IMG/VR virus record: IMGVR_UViG_3300047409_000364
Coordinates: 1,588-65,587 of that record
Reading direction: 5' to 3' (one strand)
DNA length: 64,000 nucleotides
Source of the DNA: a virus
Taxonomy: Duplodnaviria > Caudoviricetes
A program made the position numbers and the translations under genes. Of this stretch, positions 48,433 to 57,829 are shown in pieces; position 1 is the stretch's first letter, and each line of letters starts with the position of its first letter. Under the pieces are notes generated by a model. The model was not told the DNA's origin and did not search any database. It worked only from the letters and a program-made list of their open reading frames with translations.

Positions 48433-50984
48433 GCCGCGTCGACAAGCGCCTGGTCGAGGCCGGCGCCCGCTGGCGCCAGAACCCCGCCGCCATGGTGCGC
48501 GAGCTGTTCGGTGTCGAGCCCGACCTGTGGCAGATCGACGTGCTGGAATGCTTCCCGACCTCTCCGCTGCTTGCCATGAAGGCCTGCAAGGGCCCTGGGA
48601 AGCTGCAACCGAAAAGCATGATGTTGGACACGCCTGATGGTCCGCGTCGTTGGGGTGACCTGAGAGTGGGGGATCGACTATTCGCCGAAGACGGTTCTCC
48701 AACTCGGATCAAGGCTGTCTACGACAACGGTGTAGTGCCGCTATTCCGAGTGATATTCGACGACGGGTCTTCAACGCTCGCAGGCGCAGAACATCTGTGG
48801 AAGGTGCGCGGTCATCGGGAGCGCGAGCGCCGGCGTGTGCGGGGCAAGACCACTGAAGAATGGATAGTGATAAATACGGCGGAGATCATCCAGCGCGGCG
48901 TGCGCAGCAGCAACGGCAAGTGGCAGCAGCGTCAATTTGAAATCCCGCGGCACGGGCCAGCACAAATCGCGCATGCGGAGCTTCCGCTGGATCCGTATGT
49001 ACTAGGCGTATGGCTTGGAGACGGATCGAAGAACAGCGGGCAATTCACCGGCGTAGACTCGGACGTCGATGCTGAAATCGTCCGCCGTGGTTACGAGATC
49101 GGGAATAAACGAGATGGCAAGACAGCAACTATTTACGGGATTTCTGGAGCCCTTCGGTCTCTAGGAGTGCTGATTCTGGGAAGTCACGAGAGATACGTTC
49201 CACAGGCCTTTAAATATTCATCCATCCAGCAGCGCACCGACTTGTTGATGGGCCTCATGGATACCGATGGGTGCGTGGCGACGGATGGCCATTGTGAATT
49301 CGGCAGTACCTCTCGCGCCTTGGTGGATGACGTGGCGTGGCTCGTTCGGTCGCTGGGCGGCTGCGCAACCGTCAAAGCCAAGGTGAAGCGAGGGCGCTAC
49401 AAGGATTCCGCTGGCGATATTGTCGAGTGTCGAGACTTCTATCGCCTGACCGTGACTGTTCCGTTCGCGCCATTCAAGGCGTCGCGCAAGAGCGTTCGCT
49501 GGAAGCCCAAAGACAACAAATCATCTGACCGCTACATGACGCGGTACATCGACAGAATCGAGCCCGCTGCCGCGGAAGATTCCATGTGTGTCGAGATCGA
49601 CCATACATCCCGATGCTATCTAGCCAACGATTTCATCGTGACGCACAATACGACCGTGCTGGCGTGGCTGGCGTGGAACTTCCTGCTGACCAGGCACAAT
49701 CCCAACATCGCCGCGACCTCGATCTCGGGCGATAACCTCAAGGACGGTCTCCTCAAGGAGATGTCCAAGTGGTACGCCAAGTGCCCGCTCCTGCAGGCCG
49801 CCTTCACCATCACCAATACCCGCATCTTCGCCAAGCAGGCCGAGAAGAACTGGTGGCTCTCCTTCCGCACCTGGCCCAAGAGCGGCGACACCCAGTCCCA
49901 GGCCGATACCCTGGCCGGCCTGCACGAAGACAACGTCATGTTCATCCTCGACGAAGCCGGCGGCATCCCGCCTGCCGTCCTGGTCACCGCCGAAGCCGCC
50001 CTGTCGTCCTGCGTCGAGGGCCACGTCCTGATGGCCGGCAACCCGACGTCCCTCGACGGCGCCCTCTACGCTGCCGAAAAGGAAAGCACCGAGCGCGGCG
50101 GCAAGTGGCGCACCTTCTCCATCACCGGCGACCCCGAGGATCCCAAGCGCGCGCCCCGCGTGAAAGAGGAATGGGCGCGCGACCAGATCCGCAAGTACGG
50201 ACGGGATAATCCGTGGGTGCTGGTCAACGTGTTCGGGCAATTCCCGCCGACCTCGCTCAACACGCTTATCAGCGAGGACGAAGTCCGCGAGGCCATGCGC
50301 CGCATGTACCGCGAATGGGATCTCGGCCATCAACCCAAGATCATCGGTGTCGATGTGGCCCGCCAGGGCGACGACGCCTCCGTCCTCGCCCGCCGCCGCG
50401 GCCTGCAGATGTACCCGTTCAAGAAATACCGCAACCTCACCGGCATCGAGGGCGCCTCGATCGCCAACCGGCTGTGGAACGAGTTCGGCGCCGACGCCAT
50501 GTTCGTCGATGGCACCGGCGGCTTTGGCTACACCTGGATCGACCAGCTTTCTACGCTGGGCCGCACTGCGATCCCCGTGGGCTTCGCCGACGAAGCCCGC
50601 GACTCGGTGCGCTACTACAACCGCCGCGCCGAGATGGCCCTGGAATTCGTCGAGGCGATCAAGAATGGCCTGGCCCTTCCCCCGGAAGGAACCGAAGGCA
50701 TGCACGAGCTCAAGGAAGCCCTCATCCACACGACCTACACTTTCAAGGGCGATCGGCTGCTGCTCGAGCCCAAGGAAGATGTAAAATCCAAGATCGGCTT
50801 CTCGCCCGACGAGATGGATGCCGCCATGCTGACCTATGCCGAGCCGGTCACCGCGGCCCGCAAGCAACCCGGCGCCGTCAACTACTCCGCCGTCTCCACC
50901 TACAACCCTCATGCCGAGATGGATAGGATCATGGGGACCGGCTACAATGTGGTCGGAAATTACAACCCGTTCGGGGGCAACTGA
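48429..50984 (+). CDS. terL: Terminase large subunit with intein
   Basis: Walker A ACKGPGK|T, Walker B FILDEAGG, GNPT, IGVDVARQGDD, SPDEMDA. Confidence 0.95.
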   Translation: MSRVDKRLVEAGARWRQNPAAMVRELFGVEPDLWQIDVLECFPTSPLLAMKACKGPGKLQPKSMMLDTPDGPRRWGDLRVGDRLFAEDGSPTRIKAVYDNGVVPLFRVIFDDGSSTLAGAEHLWKVRGHRERERRRVRGKTTEEWIVINTAEIIQRGVRSSNGKWQQRQFEIPRHGPAQIAHAELPLDPYVLGVWLGDGSKNSGQFTGVDSDVDAEIVRRGYEIGNKRDGKTATIYGISGALRSLGVLILGSHERYVPQAFKYSSIQQRTDLLMGLMDTDGCVATDGHCEFGSTSRALVDDVAWLVRSLGGCATVKAKVKRGRYKDSAGDIVECRDFYRLTVTVPFAPFKASRKSVRWKPKDNKSSDRYMTRYIDRIEPAAAEDSMCVEIDHTSRCYLANDFIVTHNTTVLAWLAWNFLLTRHNPNIAATSISGDNLKDGLLKEMSKWYAKCPLLQAAFTITNTRIFAKQAEKNWWLSFRTWPKSGDTQSQADTLAGLHEDNVMFILDEAGGIPPAVLVTAEAALSSCVEGHVLMAGNPTSLDGALYAAEKESTERGGKWRTFSITGDPEDPKRAPRVKEEWARDQIRKYGRDNPWVLVNVFGQFPPTSLNTLISEDEVREAMRRMYREWDLGHQPKIIGVDVARQGDDASVLARRRGLQMYPFKKYRNLTGIEGASIANRLWNEFGADAMFVDGTGGFGYTWIDQLSTLGRTAIPVGFADEARDSVRYYNRRAEMALEFVEAIKNGLALPPEGTEGMHELKEALIHTTYTFKGDRLLLEPKEDVKSKIGFSPDEMDAAMLTYAEPVTAARKQPGAVNYSAVSTYNPHAEMDRIMGTGYNVVGNYNPFGGN
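48603..49649 (+). mobile_element. Class 3-type intein with LAGLIDADG endonuclease (349 aa)
   Basis: Splits Walker A; EHLW block B, SMCVEI block F, VTHN|T end; LGVWLGDG and LMGLMDTDG motifs. Confidence 0.9.
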
Positions 50985-50987
50985 ACC

Positions 50988-51221
50988 ATGGGACTATTTG
51001 GCGGGGCTCCTCCAGCCGCGGCGGCTGCACCTCCGCCCCCACCTCCGCCGCCGCCGCCTCCATCGCCGCCGACCATGGCCAGCGCCAACGTCCAGGGATC
51101 CGGCGCGGCCCAGGCCGCCCGCGTCGCTGCCGCAGGCGCCTTTGCCGACACGCTGCGCTCCTCGCCCCAGGGCGTCACCGGCACCACCAAGTCCGCCGGC
51201 AAGCAGCTTCTAGGCTCTTGA
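50988..51221 (+). CDS. Pro-rich small virion protein, paralog 1
   Basis: MGLFGG, poly-Pro, TLRSSPQGV...KQLLGS; typical pre-portal gene. Confidence 0.75.
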   Translation: MGLFGGAPPAAAAAPPPPPPPPPPPSPPTMASANVQGSGAAQAARVAAAGAFADTLRSSPQGVTGTTKSAGKQLLGS

Positions 51222-51466
51222 CCGTGGGGCTGCTCCAGGGCGCGATCCAGGCGGCGCAAGCCAACGGCTCGTGGACCGGCCCGCCGCCTCCACCGCCGCC
51301 GCCCGCCTCTCCCCCGACGATGGCCGGCGCCAACGTCCAAGGCGCCGGTGGCGCGCAATCGGCCCGTGCCGCCGCGGCCGGGGCATACGCCGATACCCTG
51401 CGCTCCTCCGCGCAAGGCGTGCTCGGCTCGACCACCACCGCCGGCAAACAGTTGCTAGGAGCCTGA
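51218..51466 (+). CDS. Pro-rich small virion protein, paralog 2
   Basis: Near copy: SPPTMAGANVQG...DTLRSSAQGV...KQLLGA. Confidence 0.7.
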   Translation: MTVGLLQGAIQAAQANGSWTGPPPPPPPPASPPTMAGANVQGAGGAQSARAAAAGAYADTLRSSAQGVLGSTTTAGKQLLGA

Positions 51467-51467
51467 C

Positions 51468-53288
51468 GTGCCTCTTGATAGCGGACCCGGCGACTATACC
51501 CAGCAGGGCGTGACGCTTCTGGCGTCACAGCCCGTTGTCCCGACCCGCACCTCGCCGATCGTCGACAACGAGGACTGGCAGGTCGTCTACAACCACCTCG
51601 AGCGCCGTCTTGCGGCACTGCGCGCCTGGCGCTGGACCCGCTGGGCCGTCTGGCAGGATCTCGGCGCCTACTTCCTGCCGCGGCGCGTGAAGGCCTTTAT
51701 CACCCCGAACAACTACGCGCGTGGACGCTGGCTCAACAACAACATCATCGACTCGACCGGCGTGCAGGCCATGAACACCTGCGCCTCCGGCATGTGGAGC
51801 GGGCTGACCAATCCCGCCCGGCCGTGGATGGAGTTCGCCCCGGCAATCGAGATGCCCAATCTCGACGAGGAAAGCAGGGCTTGGCTGGTCGACCTCAAGC
51901 AGAAGGTCCACGCCGTCCTCGCAAGCTCGAATTTCTACCAGACCACCGCGCAGATGTTCCAGGACACGACCGTCTTTGGCCAGTCGCCGATGCTCGCCTT
52001 CGAAGACAAGGAAGACATCGTCCGCTTCTACCTGCCCTGCGCGGGCGAGTATTTCATCGCCGTCGGCTCGCGCCTCTCCGTCGACACGCTCTACACCGAA
52101 GCCACCTGGACCGTGGCCCAGCTCGTCGAGATGTTCTCGCTCGCCAACTGCCCGGAGAACGTCCAGAAAAACTGGGAAGAAGGGATGTACGACTTCGAAT
52201 ACATCCTGTGCATGGCCATCGAGCCCAACTTCGCCGTGCGCGGCCGCGGCAAGAAGAAGGTCACGGTGATCTCCGGCCGCTTCCCCTATCGCCAAGTCTA
52301 TTGGCTGCGCGGTCAGAAGAATGCCCGCCCCCTCCAGGTGAAAGGCTTCCTCGACAAGCCGTTTATGACGTCGCGGTGGTGGGTCGTCGGCAACGACGCC
52401 TACGCCCGCGGCCCCTGCGAGGATGCGCTCGGCGACAACAAGCAGATCCAGACCGAGACCATGCGCAAGGCCGAGTTCCTGGAAAAGGGCGTGCGCCCGC
52501 CGATGCTGGCCGACCCGGAGCTGAAGAACGAGCCGGCCTCGATCATGCCCGGCATGGTCACCTTCGTTAATACCCAGAACGGCAAGCTCGGCTTCAAGCC
52601 CGCGTTCGAGGTCGGCGCCCAGTGGCTCCAGTACATGACCGCCGACATCAAGGAGGTCCAGGCCCGCATCAAGGAAGCCCTCTACGTCCCGCAGTTCATG
52701 GCGATCACCCAGATGCAGGGCGTCCAGCCCCGCAACGAGCTTGAGCTCACGAAACGTGATCTGGAACGTTTGCAGGTGCTCGGGCCGGTGATCGAGAATT
52801 TCGAGAACGAGGTCGCCCCCATCATCCAGCGCGTCGTGTCGATCATGCAGCGCCGCGGCCTGATCAAGCCGATCCCCGACGGCCTCGCCCGCGTGCCGCT
52901 CAAGATCAACTTCATGTCGCTGATGCGGCTCGCCCAGCGCGCCGCCGAGTCGATCGCCATGAAGGACGGCTTCCAGACCCTCGGCGTGCTCTCGGTCGCC
53001 GCCAAGAACGCCGGAGTGCCCGACCCGCTCCGCGTCATCAACCTCGACAAGTCGGCCAAGCACTATCTCTTCCTCAACAACTACCCGATGGACTGCATCT
53101 TCTCCGACGACGAGGTGAAGCAGCACGACCAGATTCGCCAGCAGGAAGCCGAGCGCGCCAAGCAGGAAGCCGCCGCCTCGCAAATGACCAAGCCCGCAGT
53201 CGACGCCGCCAAGGTGCTCGCCAATACCCAGGTCGGCGGTGGCTCCATGCTGAATTCGATGCTGGGCGGCGGCACGGCGCCGCAATGA
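51468..53288 (+). CDS. Portal/head-tail connector (BPP-1 Bbp21-like)
   Basis: IIDSTG...ASGMWSGLTNPARPW, YARGP...ALGD.KQIQ, LGPVIE. Confidence 0.95.
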   Translation: MPLDSGPGDYTQQGVTLLASQPVVPTRTSPIVDNEDWQVVYNHLERRLAALRAWRWTRWAVWQDLGAYFLPRRVKAFITPNNYARGRWLNNNIIDSTGVQAMNTCASGMWSGLTNPARPWMEFAPAIEMPNLDEESRAWLVDLKQKVHAVLASSNFYQTTAQMFQDTTVFGQSPMLAFEDKEDIVRFYLPCAGEYFIAVGSRLSVDTLYTEATWTVAQLVEMFSLANCPENVQKNWEEGMYDFEYILCMAIEPNFAVRGRGKKKVTVISGRFPYRQVYWLRGQKNARPLQVKGFLDKPFMTSRWWVVGNDAYARGPCEDALGDNKQIQTETMRKAEFLEKGVRPPMLADPELKNEPASIMPGMVTFVNTQNGKLGFKPAFEVGAQWLQYMTADIKEVQARIKEALYVPQFMAITQMQGVQPRNELELTKRDLERLQVLGPVIENFENEVAPIIQRVVSIMQRRGLIKPIPDGLARVPLKINFMSLMRLAQRAAESIAMKDGFQTLGVLSVAAKNAGVPDPLRVINLDKSAKHYLFLNNYPMDCIFSDDEVKQHDQIRQQEAERAKQEAAASQMTKPAVDAAKVLANTQVGGGSMLNSMLGGGTAPQ

Positions 53289-53330
53289 CTTAGAGGGGGC
53301 ATCCCGGAAGCAACGCCGGGATGTTTCTGG

Positions 53331-53358
53331 GGGCCAGACTTCGTGTGCTGGCCCTTTT
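53331..53358 (+). terminator. Rho-independent terminator after the portal
   Basis: GGGCCAG-loop-CTGGCCC followed by TTTTT. Confidence 0.7.
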
Positions 53359-53434
53359 TCTTGTCTGGCTGTATGGTGGCCGGGCAACCTAGCTTAGCAG
53401 CCTGGCTGCATTGTCGGTCCCCAAAACAACTCCC

Positions 53435-53464
53435 GCCGCCGGTGTCACAGCCGGCGGCCTTTTT
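53435..53464 (+). terminator. Second terminator-like hairpin
   Basis: GCCGCCGG-loop-CCGGCGGC followed by C and a T-run. Confidence 0.65.
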
Positions 53465-53467
53465 CCG

Positions 53468-53553
53468 TCCCGATTTCCCGATTAGCCGTCCCGATTTATG
53501 TGTCTGATTATGCTGGTTATTATCAGATAATCGGGGAAATCGGGAAATCGGGA
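53468..53553. repeat. Mirrored TCCCGATT array (3 direct, 3 inverted) around an AT-rich core
   Basis: TCCCGATT at 53468, 53476, 53489; AATCGGG at 53529, 53538, 53546. Confidence 0.85.
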
Positions 53554-53560
53554 TTCCTGA

Positions 53561-53809
53561 TTATCGCAGTCTGGGCCGCGATATGCCGCCCGCTCCGACC
53601 AGGCAGTCGACCAGATCCCAGATGAGATAAAGCACCAAAATCAGCATGACCGCGTACAGGACGATGTTGATCACCTGGCCCAGCAGCGTCCCTGGCCCGC
53701 CAAAATTGGCCAGCACGGCGGGCAGCACTACCTTGATGATGGCGTAGAGAGCGCCAATGACGACCAGCCAGATACAAAGCTGAAAGAAAAAGCCGACTGA
53801 AAAGCACAT
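53561..53809 (-). CDS. Small 2-TM membrane protein
   Basis: Two long hydrophobic helices; GGAGG RBS. Confidence 0.7.
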   Translation of the reverse strand: MCFSVGFFFQLCIWLVVIGALYAIIKVVLPAVLANFGGPGTLLGQVINIVLYAVMLILVLYLIWDLVDCLVGAGGISRPRLR

Positions 53810-53860
53810 GGCGCGTACCTCCGGTTGGCGAGGTAACGCAGAAAGGCGCGGAAAGGTCCG

Positions 53861-54094
53861 CTACTCGAATTGGGGGCTGCGCCGCCGCCCGCCGGTCTGG
53901 TCATAAAGCGGACTTGGCCTATTCAGGAATTCCGCTGTAGGGCCCGACGGCGTTCCGTTCCCGGTCCAATGTTTCTTCCAAGGAGAGGTGGCGTCCCGGA
54001 CTTTTGCTTCCTCGTGATTCCACGGCTTCTTGACCGGCGCGGGCTGCGGCGCTGGCCTGAATAGGCGATGCCAGAGACGGCGGATAAAGTTCAT
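53861..54094 (-). CDS. Hypothetical protein
   Basis: MNFIRRLWHRLF amphipathic start, coupled to the upstream gene. Confidence 0.5.
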   Translation of the reverse strand: MNFIRRLWHRLFRPAPQPAPVKKPWNHEEAKVRDATSPWKKHWTGNGTPSGPTAEFLNRPSPLYDQTGGRRRSPQFE

Positions 54095-54303
54095 TCGACC
54101 CTCACTGCGCGCTTGCGGCGCCACTCGTCCAGTTCGGCCTTGCTGTAAATCACGGTGCGCCAGCCATAGCGCGTGTAGGGCGGGCCCTGACCGGCGTTTT
54201 GCTTCATTGCCATGTTGGCGAGCCGGTTGTGGTCGATCGGACAGCCTTGGCTTCGCAGGTACGCCGCGGCCTGTTTGCGATTCAGGAAATCGTCAGCAGC
54301 CAT
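54091..54303 (-). CDS. Excisionase/AlpA-like HTH protein
   Basis: FLNRKQAAAYL...LANMA...GPPYTRYG.RTVIYSKAELDEW. Confidence 0.8.
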   Translation of the reverse strand: MAADDFLNRKQAAAYLRSQGCPIDHNRLANMAMKQNAGQGPPYTRYGWRTVIYSKAELDEWRRKRAVRVE

Positions 54304-54405
54304 CGCCCCACTCTCATTAAGACTAAGCAATCATAGTCGTGCCTCTCCAATAATTCCACCGCATCTTGTGTCATGGGGACGCGCACCGTCATGGTGTCCC
54401 CATCA

Positions 54406-54834
54406 ATGGCCACCCTGACTGAAGCCGAGATTTTCGATCGCCTGCGCACGAGCCTACGAGCGGTGATCCAAGGCTGTGAGGATCTGGCGCGCTGGCCGGC
54501 GCAAGGCCCGACCTACATGAAGCTGCGCGAGGAATTGGCCCTACTCGAGGGCGCTGCGCGACAGGCCGGCTTCGCCCGCGGCGACGCCCGCTGGAACCGC
54601 TTCGGCTGGGAGATGGCGGCGTTTCAGCAGCGCATCGGCGATGCCATCCGCTGCCACAGCCCGCGCAAGGTGTTCCTCGCCATGGCGGAGATGGTGCGCA
54701 AGGCGCTCTACGAGGCCGACAAGCTCAAGGTCGCCAAGACTGGCCGGCGCGGTCCGATCCTCCCGATCCCCAAGCCCGGCCCGCATCGTGAGACGCGCCC
54801 GGTCTACGTCCGGCCCTCGGGCCTGATCGTCTGA
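54406..54834 (+). CDS. Hypothetical protein of the head operon
   Basis: Coupled to the next gene by TGATG. Confidence 0.65.
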   Translation: MATLTEAEIFDRLRTSLRAVIQGCEDLARWPAQGPTYMKLREELALLEGAARQAGFARGDARWNRFGWEMAAFQQRIGDAIRCHSPRKVFLAMAEMVRKALYEADKLKVAKTGRRGPILPIPKPGPHRETRPVYVRPSGLIV

Positions 54835-55223
54835 TGGCCGGCGATGATGACGACAAACCCGTCGACCAGCCCGAAGTCCTCCCCGACCAGCAAAGCGCTG
54901 TCGATCCCAAGGAAGCTGAGCGTCGCGAAAGCAAAAAGCAGCTCGCCGAGCGCCGGCGCCGCGAGTGGCTTGCCGAACAGCTCCGAAATCCGATCGCCCG
55001 CGAGTTTCTGTGGGGCATTCTCTGGTCGGCCGGCACCTTCGAAGAGAAGTACGGCTTTGGCCCCAACGGCGAGCCCAACGACCGGGCGAGCGAATACTTC
55101 CTCGGACAGAAAGACCTTGGGCTTCGGCTCTATCACTCGTGGTCGGTACTCGACCGTGCCGGCGTTCTTTCTCTGCTCGATGAGTACCACCCGACCTTCC
55201 CCAAGCCCCGGAAAGGTAAGTGA
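54834..55223 (+). CDS. Bbp19-like protein
   Basis: LRNPIAREFLWGIL..AGTF...FLGQKDLGLRL; position between portal and scaffold. Confidence 0.7.
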   Translation: MAGDDDDKPVDQPEVLPDQQSAVDPKEAERRESKKQLAERRRREWLAEQLRNPIAREFLWGILWSAGTFEEKYGFGPNGEPNDRASEYFLGQKDLGLRLYHSWSVLDRAGVLSLLDEYHPTFPKPRKGK

Positions 55224-56146
55224 TGGCTGATCCGGTTGAGCCAAAGGAAACCCCGGTCGCCAGCGAAGCTCCGCCTGTTGTGACGGAGGCGCCGCCGGTT
55301 GCCGCGTCAGAGTCCGCTCCGATCCCTTCGGCGGACCCGGCACCTACAGCCGACTCCTCCCCAGGTGGCGAGGCCCCGGCGGCGCAGTCTCAACCGGAGC
55401 GCACGCCCAGCCTGCTCGAGGCCGCGATCGCGCCAGGCACCGAAGAGCCGAAGGTAGAAACGCCGCCCGCGGAAAAGGTTCCCGAGGCGAAACCCGCCGA
55501 GGAAAAGGCCGCCGAGCCGCCGAAGGCAGAGGCCAAGCCGGAGGAAAAGCCGGCTGAGACCAAGGCGGAAGAAAAGCCGCCAGAGCCCACGAAGCCCGAG
55601 CCCATCGAGTACCTGTTCAAGGCGCCCGAGACCCTGCAGATGGACGACGCCGTGCGCGGCGAGTTCACCACGGCGCTCGACGAGTTCCGCGCCGACCCGC
55701 AGGCCGGTTCCCAGAAGCTCCTCGACATGCACGTCGCCCAGCTCGTCAAGCACGACGAGCACCTGCGCAACGAGCAATACCGGATTTTCAACGAGACCAA
55801 GAAGGGCTGGCGCGACCAGGTCCAGGCCGACGAGATGCTGGGCGGCCCCGGTCATCGCACCGCGATGGGCCAGGTCGCCATGGTCCGCAATATGTTCGTG
55901 TCCGACCATCCGCAGGGCTCCAAGCAGTGGAAGGCCGATCTGCAGGAATTCAACAACGCCCTGGACGCTACCGGCGCCGGCGACCACCCCGCAATCCTGC
56001 GGGTGCTCTATCGCATGGCCCGCTTCGTCAATGAGCCGTCGATCCCGACCACCGTCGATCCCAAGCCCGCGCCGGGTGCGGGTAAGCGCAATGGCGCCGA
56101 TACGCTGTACGACAACGACCGATCCCCGCGCGGGAATTCTCAGTAA
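55220..56146 (+). CDS. Capsid scaffolding protein
   Basis: P/E/A/K-rich N-half, LDATGAGDHPAILRVLYR, C-terminal ADTLYDNDRSP; directly upstream of the MCP. Confidence 0.85.
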   Translation: MMADPVEPKETPVASEAPPVVTEAPPVAASESAPIPSADPAPTADSSPGGEAPAAQSQPERTPSLLEAAIAPGTEEPKVETPPAEKVPEAKPAEEKAAEPPKAEAKPEEKPAETKAEEKPPEPTKPEPIEYLFKAPETLQMDDAVRGEFTTALDEFRADPQAGSQKLLDMHVAQLVKHDEHLRNEQYRIFNETKKGWRDQVQADEMLGGPGHRTAMGQVAMVRNMFVSDHPQGSKQWKADLQEFNNALDATGAGDHPAILRVLYRMARFVNEPSIPTTVDPKPAPGAGKRNGADTLYDNDRSPRGNSQ

Positions 56147-56158
56147 AGGAGAGATAAA

Positions 56159-57205
56159 TTGGCTACAGGTTCTTGGATCACGCTTGCTGATCTTACCTCC
56201 CGCATGGATAGCGCGGACAAGCAGGCCTACATCGCCGAAATGCTGTCGCAGAGCATTTCGCTCTACCAGGACATGCCCTTCAAGGAAGGCTCGGAGATCT
56301 TCGGACACGAAGGCGTGTTCCGCTCCTCCATCCCGGCCGGATCGTGGCGCTACCTCAACGGCGGCACCGCCTACGGCAAGTCGACGACCGGCAAGTTCCG
56401 TATCGGCATGGGCTCGCTGACGGGCTACAGCCAGATCGACAAGCTCTTGGCCAAGGCCTCGGGCAACGTGCCGATGTTCCGCAAGAACGAGGACGTCGCC
56501 TTCATCGAGGGCATGGGCCAGACCATCGAAGAGACCTGCTGGTACGGCAACACCGCGACCAACCCGGCCTCCTTCATGGGCCTGTCGACGTTCTACAACA
56601 CGACCTCACAGACCACCGCGCAGAATGCGCAGAACGTGATCGACGCCGGCGGCACCGGCTCCGACAACGCTTCGATCTGGCTGGTGTGCTGGGGCGATCG
56701 CACGATCTACGGCACCTACCCGCGCGGCTCCAAGGCGGGCCTTGTGTCGGAGGATCTGGCTGACACGCGCGCCGCCTACGACAACCTCGGCAATCCCTAC
56801 GAGGCGTGGACGACCTACTTCGAACAGAACATGGGCATCTTCCCGGAAGACTGGCGCCAGGTCGGCCGTATCGCCAACCTCGACGTCACCTCGGCTGGCC
56901 TCGCCGGCTCCAACGCCTACGACCTGTTCCTCGGCCTCTCGAGCCTGGTCATGCTGCCGCCGATGCTGACCTCCGAGTCGTCCGGCATCACCTCGACCGA
57001 CGCGCCGAACGATCCGGCGCCGGGCATCCGGCCGGTCATGTACACCAACCGCACCATCCGCTTCTGGATGGACGCCCAGGGCATGCGCGATCGCAACGTC
57101 CTGATCTCGATCAACGAGGCGCCCGGCAAGGTCCAGGACCGCTTCCGCGGAATCCCGGTCAAGGTCTCGGACAGACTTTTGACAACTGAAGATGCTGTAG
57201 CTTAG
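56159..57205 (+). CDS. Major capsid protein (BPP-1 Bbp17-like)
   Basis: TLADL, IAEMLSQ, EDVAFIEGMGQ, DAGGTGSDNASIWLVCWG, DWRQVGRIANLD, FRGIPV; TTG start with AAGGAG RBS. Confidence 0.95.
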   Translation: MATGSWITLADLTSRMDSADKQAYIAEMLSQSISLYQDMPFKEGSEIFGHEGVFRSSIPAGSWRYLNGGTAYGKSTTGKFRIGMGSLTGYSQIDKLLAKASGNVPMFRKNEDVAFIEGMGQTIEETCWYGNTATNPASFMGLSTFYNTTSQTTAQNAQNVIDAGGTGSDNASIWLVCWGDRTIYGTYPRGSKAGLVSEDLADTRAAYDNLGNPYEAWTTYFEQNMGIFPEDWRQVGRIANLDVTSAGLAGSNAYDLFLGLSSLVMLPPMLTSESSGITSTDAPNDPAPGIRPVMYTNRTIRFWMDAQGMRDRNVLISINEAPGKVQDRFRGIPVKVSDRLLTTEDAVA

Positions 57206-57259
57206 CCGTCCGACATTGTAAGTCGAACGCACAAAGGCTTTGTAAGAAGGAGAATTCCA

Positions 57260-57820
57260 TTGGCTATCAATGACGCACTACTCGCGTTCGTGCCGTACAA
57301 CGCGCCTCTGTCGCTGGTTGGCGGCGCGGGCGTCGATTTCGCGACCGACCCCTACGACATCCTGGGTGCGGGTGCGGGCACGCTCGTGACCAACATCTGG
57401 GGCAACTCGACCCTGCCGGGTCAGGCTGACGGTCTCTCCGTCGGCATGCCGCAGCCCTACATCTCGGTGCTGATCGGCACCGCGCTGGTGGCCAACACCG
57501 GCACGCCGCTCTTGAACGTCCAGTTCCAAGGCGCCCCGGACAACGGCTCGGGCTCGCCCGGCACCTACCTGACTTACGCCCAGACCGGCGACATCACCGT
57601 CGCACAGGGCACCGCCGGCACCGAGATCTGCCGGCTGCCGTTCGTGCCGCCGTTCCCGCTTAACCACCGGCCACGCTTTCTGCGGCTGAACTTCGCGATT
57701 GCGGCGGCGACTGACTACAGCGCCGGCACCATCTCCTCGGCCTATGTCGTCGGCACGCGCGACGACCAGTACCAGTTCCAGGCCGCGAAGAACTACACCT
57801 CGCCCCGCTACACCGGGTAA
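57260..57820 (+). CDS. Capsid cement/decoration protein (Bbp16-like)
   Basis: MAINDALLAF start, LNVQFQGAPDN, RFLRLNF; follows the MCP. Confidence 0.75.
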   Translation: MAINDALLAFVPYNAPLSLVGGAGVDFATDPYDILGAGAGTLVTNIWGNSTLPGQADGLSVGMPQPYISVLIGTALVANTGTPLLNVQFQGAPDNGSGSPGTYLTYAQTGDITVAQGTAGTEICRLPFVPPFPLNHRPRFLRLNFAIAAATDYSAGTISSAYVVGTRDDQYQFQAAKNYTSPRYTG

Positions 57821-57829
57821 GGGTGAACC

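Noticed and set aside
53861-53910. PLYDQTGGRRRSP as a further copy of the scaffold tag
   Set aside because: Only LYD matches at the correct spacing, and the gene is in an antisense cassette; left as unproven.
54091-54303. Evidence of an integration module
   Set aside because: Xis-like HTH only; no tyrosine or serine recombinase and no host genes in the window.
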